Positions 58,809 through 64,000 of a stretch of 64,000 bases of DNA are shown here, in pieces. How positions within the stretch are numbered: position 1 is the first letter of the stretch; each line of letters opens with the position of its first letter. A model generated the notes under the pieces. It was not told the origin of the DNA, did not search any database, and was given only the letters and a program-made list of their open reading frames with translations. The position numbers were made by a program, and so were the translations under genes. Source of the DNA: Spirochaetaceae bacterium (lineage in GTDB: Bacteria > Spirochaetota > Spirochaetia > DSM-27196 > SKKC01); contig SKXQ01000054.1 in assembly GCA_007128315.1 (NCBI GenBank), positions 14,377 through 78,376 on the forward strand, given 5' to 3'.

Positions 58809-60421
58809 GCCGCGCCCTCGTCTGGTGCCGTCCCGTACGACCGCTCGAGGATCGCGTTAATACGTTCGGACACCGAGCCGTTCGCAAGAGCGGTTCTGAC
58901 CCGCACGACACCGTCGGCGAGGTCTTCTGCGATTCCGGCAACCCAGAGCGCTGCTCCCGCGTTCAGAAGTACCGCGTCGCGCACCGCCGTCGGTCCACCG
59001 CCGGCAAGGAGCTCACGCGCCATTGCGGCATTTTCTTCGGCCGTGCCACCGGCGAGATCTGAGGTCTGGTGGCCGGTGATTCCGTAGTCGGCCGGGTCGA
59101 TCTCGAACTCGCGGATGCTGCCGTCAGGTTCAAGCAGGGCCGCGCTGGTCAGCGACGCCGGACTAATCTCGTCGAGGCCGTCGTGACCGTGGACGACCAG
59201 CGCCCGCTTGAGCCCGAGCTCGCGGCCCGCCTCTGCTACGACGCGGCAGAAGCGGGGGTCAAAGACCCCGATCAGCTGAAAGGCGGCCCCCGCGGGGTTC
59301 GAAAGCGGGCCAATGAGGTTGAACACGGTCTTGATCCTGAGCTCCCGCCGCGGAACAGCGGCGTGCTTCATGGCGCTGTGGTACAAGGGCGCAAAAAGAA
59401 AGGCAAAGCCCTCGGCTTCGAGAAAGCGCTCTGCCTCACCCGGGGTCAGATCAAGGTTCAGGCCGAGGGAACGATAGAAGTCCGCGCTTCCGCTGATGCT
59501 CGAAACCGCGCGGTTTCCATGCTTGGCGACTTTCGCGCCGCAGGCTGCGGCAACGAGCGCGCAGAAACTCGAGATGTTGAAAGTGCCGAGGCCGTCGCCT
59601 CCGGTGCCGCAGGTATCAAGAGTCTCCCCGCTCACAGTTACCGGTACGCGTCTGCGCTGCAGCACCGAGGCGCATCCGGCGACCTCTGACGCGGCTATAC
59701 CTTTCGCGTTCAGGCCTACAAGGACCCCGGCGATCTGGGCCGGGGTCAGGCTCCCGTCAGTGACCTCTTCCATGAAGCGCTGCGCTTCGGCAAAACTCAG
59801 GTCCTGTCGGTCGATTATGTGATTCAGGGTACCGGTATAATCAAAAGGATCGCGTCTGTAGCTCAGGAAGGCTCTGAGAACCTCCATACCGGCAGCGCTG
59901 CCTATGGACTCGGGATGAAACTGCACGCCTTCCACGAGATGTTCCCGGTGGCGCACGCCCATAATCTCGTCGTCTTCACTTCTGGCGGTGACCTCAAGCT
60001 CAGCCGGGAGACTCGCAGGGTCAATGACAAGGGAGTGGTAGCGCATGAAGGTCCCGGCTATGCCTATGGTCCGGAAGACACCCTGCCCGTCAAGCCGCAT
60101 TGGCTCGGCTTTGCCGTGCACGATGCGCTGCGCGCCGACAATGCGCCCGCCGAAGGCTTCGCCTATGGCTTGATGCCCCAGACAGACCCCGAGTATGGGA
60201 ATCTCACCGGCAAAGGCTTTTATCAGGTCTATGCTGATGCCGGCATCTGCAGGTCGACCCGGCCCGGGAGAGATTATGATGCGCGACGGCGAAAGTGAAC
60301 GCACCTCGTCGACCGTGATCCGGTCGTTTCTCACCACCTTGACCGCTTCGTCAGTGAGTTCGCTCAGATACTGATACAGGTTGTGGGTAAATGAGTCGTA
60401 GTTATCAAGCAGCAGAATCAT
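58805..60421 (-). CDS. trpGD: Bifunctional anthranilate synthase component II / anthranilate phosphoribosyltransferase
   Basis: TrpG motifs DNYDSFT, SPGPG, GVCLGHQ, RYHSL, QFHPES; TrpD motifs DTCGTGGDG, NIS, KHGNR, GLDE. Confidence 0.97.
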   Translation of the reverse strand: MILLLDNYDSFTHNLYQYLSELTDEAVKVVRNDRITVDEVRSLSPSRIIISPGPGRPADAGISIDLIKAFAGEIPILGVCLGHQAIGEAFGGRIVGAQRIVHGKAEPMRLDGQGVFRTIGIAGTFMRYHSLVIDPASLPAELEVTARSEDDEIMGVRHREHLVEGVQFHPESIGSAAGMEVLRAFLSYRRDPFDYTGTLNHIIDRQDLSFAEAQRFMEEVTDGSLTPAQIAGVLVGLNAKGIAASEVAGCASVLQRRRVPVTVSGETLDTCGTGGDGLGTFNISSFCALVAAACGAKVAKHGNRAVSSISGSADFYRSLGLNLDLTPGEAERFLEAEGFAFLFAPLYHSAMKHAAVPRRELRIKTVFNLIGPLSNPAGAAFQLIGVFDPRFCRVVAEAGRELGLKRALVVHGHDGLDEISPASLTSAALLEPDGSIREFEIDPADYGITGHQTSDLAGGTAEENAAMARELLAGGGPTAVRDAVLLNAGAALWVAGIAEDLADGVVRVRTALANGSVSERINAILERSYGTAPDEGAA

Positions 60422-60424
60422 CGC

Positions 60425-61822
60425 CTATACCTCCAGACCGATGGCCCGTGCGAGGGCCGAAAGTTTTTCCTGTGTTTCTTCGTACTCGCGCTCGGGGGTC
60501 GAGTCATAAACTACTCCCGCACCCGCCTGCAGGACCATTGTTTTTCCCTTTTTCATGGCACATCGGATGGCAATACAGGTATCGAGGTTACCCCCCGGCT
60601 CGACGTAGCCGACCACCCCCGCGTAAAAGCCGCGGCGATGTGGTTCTATCGCATCGAGCGTCTCTATCGCGCGGATCTTCGGCGCACCGGAAACCGTCCC
60701 CGCAGGAAAGGTCGCGCGCAGCGCGTGTATGCCGTCGGCTCCCGGTTTCAGCGTACCACGAGCCTCGCTGACAATGTGCATGACCCGGCTGTAGCGCTCG
60801 ATGGTCAGAAGCTCGGTCAACCTGACCGAGGAACACACCCGGCCGATGTCGTTTCGTGCAAGGTCAACGAGCATGCGGTGCTCGGCGAGCTCCTTCTCGT
60901 CTGACAGAAGCTCCTCCTCAAGTGCCTTATCCTCAGCGTCGGTCGCCCCGCGCCTGCGGGTCCCGGCGATCGGTCTGATCTGTACCTCACCGCCCCTGAC
61001 CTTCACGTGCACCTCGGGAGAGGCCCCAAACAGTTGTGTCTCCCCGTAGTCGAGAAAGAACAGGTACGGTGCGGGATTTGCCGTCCTGAGCCTGCGGTAG
61101 GCCTCAAGCGCCGGGAGCCCGGTCACCGCTTCGACCCTGCGACTCAGGACCGCCTGCAGCAGATTCCCCGCCACGATCTCGTCCTTGAGCGTTGCCACCC
61201 CGTCGATAAAACGCGCCTTCTCTCTGGGATCGGTCCCGACTTTAGCCTCGTAGTGACCGTCATCGAGGGTCAGGTGCCCGTAATCACCGTCGAGAATGCG
61301 TTCGGCAACCCGGTCGACCGCCTCGCTCAGATCGACCTCGTGTTCGGCGTAGTTGACCCCGATCAGGTGAAGCTCGTCGGTATAATGATCGAAGATAATG
61401 AACACGTGACCAAACATGAAAGAGGCAAGCGGATTCCCCAGGGGATCGAGCCGGTCGGCGAGACGGATTGTATCGCACTTCGCCGAGAACTCGTAGGAGA
61501 GATAGCCGATCCCACCCGCCGGAAAGGGAACTCCACCCTGCATGGGCTCGTGCTGGTCTGCGATGTAGCGCAGGACGTCGAGAATATCGCGTGCCCGGCT
61601 TTTCACCCGCCACCTGCGAGTTTCATCTTCAAGAAAAATACCCCGATCGGTCTCGAAGACCCTGAATGCCTCATCGACCATGATCAGCGAGTAGCGCTCC
61701 CGACCATTGCGAAAGGTCGCCGACTCGAGCAGGACCCGGGCGTTGAGCTTGCGGGCAAGGGCAAAGGGGGTAAAACGTTCGCCCGAGAGCGTTCGTGTTA
61801 TGGTGTCACTGCGGGTGTCCAT
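60425..61822 (-). CDS. trpE: Anthranilate synthase component I
   Basis: LLES, NPAPY, GASPE, PIAGTRRRG, EHRMLVDLARND, FPAGTVSGAPK, QAGAGVV. Confidence 0.98.
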   Translation of the reverse strand: MDTRSDTITRTLSGERFTPFALARKLNARVLLESATFRNGRERYSLIMVDEAFRVFETDRGIFLEDETRRWRVKSRARDILDVLRYIADQHEPMQGGVPFPAGGIGYLSYEFSAKCDTIRLADRLDPLGNPLASFMFGHVFIIFDHYTDELHLIGVNYAEHEVDLSEAVDRVAERILDGDYGHLTLDDGHYEAKVGTDPREKARFIDGVATLKDEIVAGNLLQAVLSRRVEAVTGLPALEAYRRLRTANPAPYLFFLDYGETQLFGASPEVHVKVRGGEVQIRPIAGTRRRGATDAEDKALEEELLSDEKELAEHRMLVDLARNDIGRVCSSVRLTELLTIERYSRVMHIVSEARGTLKPGADGIHALRATFPAGTVSGAPKIRAIETLDAIEPHRRGFYAGVVGYVEPGGNLDTCIAIRCAMKKGKTMVLQAGAGVVYDSTPEREYEETQEKLSALARAIGLEV

Positions 61823-61880
61823 GGCGGTCCATCCTTACTGTTCACCACCCTGGTGGTCGCTTTTGTCGCGCCGGCGGCAC

Positions 61881-61928
61881 AAAAAAAGGCCGCAACCGGT
61901 ACGCTGTATCGCGTCCACCGGGCGGCCT
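61881..61928 (-). terminator. trp attenuator terminator
   Basis: Minus strand AGGCCGC-CCGGT...ACCGG-TT-GCGGCC followed by T7, between the leader peptide and trpE. Confidence 0.85.
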
Positions 61929-61967
61929 TCTTCGTCACACAGTTTACATGCGTGAAGAGCCCCGGTA

Positions 61968-62021
61968 TTACCGGAGCCACCAACCAGAATTGTGTGTAAT
62001 GTCTCGCAATTGAGAAATCAT
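61968..62021 (-). CDS. trpL: trp operon leader peptide MISQLRDITHNSGWWLR
   Basis: 17-aa ORF with tandem TGG TGG near its end, located between the promoter and the terminator hairpin. Confidence 0.88.
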   Translation of the reverse strand: MISQLRDITHNSGWWLR

Positions 62022-62031
62022 CGTGATTCTG

Positions 62032-62061
62032 AAATTACCCGCGAGATCACTTCTGTGTCAA
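62032..62061 (-). promoter_or_regulatory. trp operon promoter
   Basis: TTGACA-N18-TAATTT, 10 nt upstream of the leader ATG. Confidence 0.75.
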
Positions 62062-62142
62062 GATGTGGGGCCACTTCTCGCGCTACGACACGGTTTCGCT
62101 AATTCGAGTGATCTGAACATAGCAATGCAGCACGTTCCTGTT

Positions 62143-62416
62143 TCAGCGCCGCCTGGAAGCCAGCCTATACGCTAAAAAGTCATCTCGTTTGTGTACAGCA
62201 AGAACAAGGAGCGTCTGGTTCGAGTCGCTGACTTCATAGATCAAGCGATATCCACTTTGGCGCAGTTTAATCTTGTAGCAATTGTTCAAGTCCCTATGAA
62301 GCTCCGATCCGGGCAATCCGGGAGAAACGAGTCGTTTCTGTAGAATTTTCTTGAATTGTGATTTGACCGAACCGTCAAGCTTCCGGAGCAAACTGAAGCC
62401 GATACGAAGCGGGTCT
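62143..62416 (-). pseudogene. RelE/StbE-family toxin, N-terminally disrupted
   Basis: Body RKLDGSVKSQFKK...CYKIKLRQSGYRLIYEV...VLAVHKRD is RelE-like. The expected N-terminus (YRLQFAPEA) is in a different frame and has no start codon. Confidence 0.75.
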
Positions 62417-62668
62417 CTACAGATCGTTGATATCTGCGTCGACCGCTTGTGAGGCTACGGCCTTCCGTTCCTGAATATGAGAAACGACGAGAGAATCGCA
62501 GGTTTTTTCGATCATTGATTCATACACTTCAGGGGCAACGATATAGAAAGCTGGCTTGTTGTGATTAAGTACGGCAACTGACCTACCCCGAGCTTCCCTG
62601 ACGATTGCCGCCGGGTTCCGCTTTAGTTCCGAAATGCTAATCGTGTAATCAGTCAAAATATGTTCCAT
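62417..62668 (-). CDS. Phd/YefM-family antitoxin (StbD/YafN-like), 83 aa
   Basis: ILTDYTISISELKRNP...VAVLNHNKPAFYIV...DINDL; directly upstream of the RelE-like sequence. Confidence 0.9.
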   Translation of the reverse strand: MEHILTDYTISISELKRNPAAIVREARGRSVAVLNHNKPAFYIVAPEVYESMIEKTCDSLVVSHIQERKAVASQAVDADINDL

Positions 62669-62796
62669 ATCTGTCGCTATATTTGTCATTATATTAATCA
62701 CAATAATTCCACCCGTCCAGATAGTAGTATGACTCAAAGCCACGCAGCACCTTAAGGGGCGCCGCGTGGCAGAGGAGGCATGTCGTCTGCATGGAG

Positions 62797-63276
62797 TCAG
62801 AACGGCATTGGCAATGGTTCTTCCTGCTTCTGTGCACCTCCTTTCTTTTTCGTGTTGACCGCGGTGTCGACCGTTATTGCGGCTGCGACAAACTCGCTTC
62901 CCGCGACCTCACCGGTCACGACCTTCTCCCCGGCCTGCACTTCGCTCTTCGGCCTCGGGCCGAGCTCCACATGATCGGCGACAATCTTGATGCGGCTTCG
63001 CCCCTGTCCTTCGTCGTCGGTCCAGCGGTCCTGCTTGAGCCGGCCGACAACACGAACGTTGCGACCTTTGCCGAGTTCGCGGCTGCAGCGTTCAGCACTC
63101 TGCGCCCACGTCTCCACGTCAAAGTAGCTCACCTCTTTCTGCATCTCATCGCCCTGGCGGTAGAAGCGATTCGCTGCAAGCCGGAAGTTGCACACCGGTG
63201 TCCCCTTCGTCGTTTCCTTCAGTTCGGGGTCCGCGGTCAGATTGCCATCGATCAGTATTGAGTTCAGATTATTCAT
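62797..63276 (-). CDS. ssb: Single-stranded DNA-binding protein
   Basis: LNSILIDGNLTADPEL, YFDVETW, KGRNVRVVGRLKQDRW; C-terminal PF. Confidence 0.95.
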   Translation of the reverse strand: MNNLNSILIDGNLTADPELKETTKGTPVCNFRLAANRFYRQGDEMQKEVSYFDVETWAQSAERCSRELGKGRNVRVVGRLKQDRWTDDEGQGRSRIKIVADHVELGPRPKSEVQAGEKVVTGEVAGSEFVAAAITVDTAVNTKKKGGAQKQEEPLPMPF

Positions 63277-63405
63277 TCATTCGTTCTCCCTGCCCTGTAT
63301 ATTCTGTCTATCGTTTTGCCCCGGCGCACGACGTGCACCAGGACTGCCGGCACATATATATACCCGGGAGAGTGTGAGATTGATTGATGAAATCAGAAAA
63401 AAACC

Positions 63406-63452
63406 AAAAAAACGACTGGCGGTCGAGCACAGGGCACTCGCCACCAGCAGTC
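63406..63452 (-). terminator. Intrinsic terminator of the beta-barrel gene
   Basis: Minus strand CTGGTGG-CGAGTGC-CCT-GTGCTCG-A-CCGCCAG followed by T7. Confidence 0.8.
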
Positions 63453-63464
63453 AGGCAGGACCCG

Positions 63465-63983
63465 TCAGTAGAGGTACAGAACGACGCCGAGGCCGGTGGT
63501 GAAGGTGTTCATTTCGGTTCCGTCGGTGAAAATGTCGATCTGCAGTCCACCGTGAGCGTACAGACCTATGAGGTTCGTGAACATGACCTGTGCTCCGACG
63601 CGCGGCGCGAGGTAGGTAAGGAAGCGCGTATCGGCGGTGTCAGGTTCTTCGCCGGGATAGGTCCGCTCAAGAAGCCCGACGTCGATACCGAAGTACGGTG
63701 ACGCCTGGGCCTCGGGTGTCAGGTAGTAGTCGACCGCTGTTCCAAGCAGAAAGAACGATGATTCAGTCTCGCCTTCGGATCTGTTCACCGACAGCGCTAT
63801 TCGAGGTTTTACTGCGATTTCGTCTGTAACGTGAAAGAACCCGAGTATAGACGGGGACAGGCCGAATATACTCGGTTCTACCGCGAGGCCTACCCGGTTT
63901 CCCTGCATGGCAAATATCGGGCTACAAAGCCCGACCATCCCTGCACCTATCAACACTATCAGTATAATTCGTCTGATGTTCAT
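63465..63983 (-). CDS. Small outer-membrane beta-barrel protein (putative)
   Basis: Signal peptide; alternating amphipathic strands (SPYFGIDVG, RVGAQVMF, GLYAHGG); terminal aromatic strand GLGVVLYLY; AAGGAG RBS. Confidence 0.75.
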   Translation of the reverse strand: MNIRRIILIVLIGAGMVGLCSPIFAMQGNRVGLAVEPSIFGLSPSILGFFHVTDEIAVKPRIALSVNRSEGETESSFFLLGTAVDYYLTPEAQASPYFGIDVGLLERTYPGEEPDTADTRFLTYLAPRVGAQVMFTNLIGLYAHGGLQIDIFTDGTEMNTFTTGLGVVLYLY

Positions 63984-64000
63984 AATCACTCGCTCCTTAT

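Noticed and set aside
62032-62115. Short inverted repeats (AGATCACT/AGTGATCT) around the trp promoter as a TrpR operator
   Set aside because: No match to the CTAG/GTAC-type TrpR operator; 8-bp arms 55 nt apart are compatible with chance.

Overview
A GC-rich, gene-dense chromosomal window, most likely from a free-living spirochaete (Spirochaetaceae-like). That assignment is inferred from the GroEL N-terminus, the groES-less groEL, spirochaete-type lipoproteins and a PTS-EIIA/diadenylate-cyclase fusion. Most of it is housekeeping: yajC-secD-secF, groEL, two hybrid histidine kinases, birA, argR-argCBDG, pgi, serC plus an Opp/Dpp-like ABC cluster, cdd, galE, hflX, ogt, a sugar ABC ATPase, cheD, hom, glmS, a Crp-family protein, trxA, trpE-trpGD-trpCF-trpB-trpA and ssb. 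I see no tRNA, rRNA, CRISPR array or transposase. The most interesting signals are not in the ORF track. (1) A self-contained ~260-nt transcription unit at 31361-31658 has a sigma70-like promoter, a chain of hairpins and an intrinsic terminator but no credible protein gene. It sits in a putative nucleotide-signalling locus with an EIIA-diadenylate cyclase, an MBL-fold cNMP-binding phosphodiesterase-like protein and a metal-ligand-degenerate phosphatase. (2) A Trp-Trp leader peptide and attenuator precede an E. coli-like trp operon. (3) About a dozen genes have a -10 box only 6-10 nt before the start codon, suggesting widespread leaderless translation. (4) A 17-bp-arm hairpin lies in the groEL leader, where no CIRCE is present. 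(5) A RelE/StbE toxin appears inactivated by a microhomology deletion. (6) A lycopene cyclase + CruF carotenoid pair is present. All functional calls rest on motifs read by eye; no database search was run.
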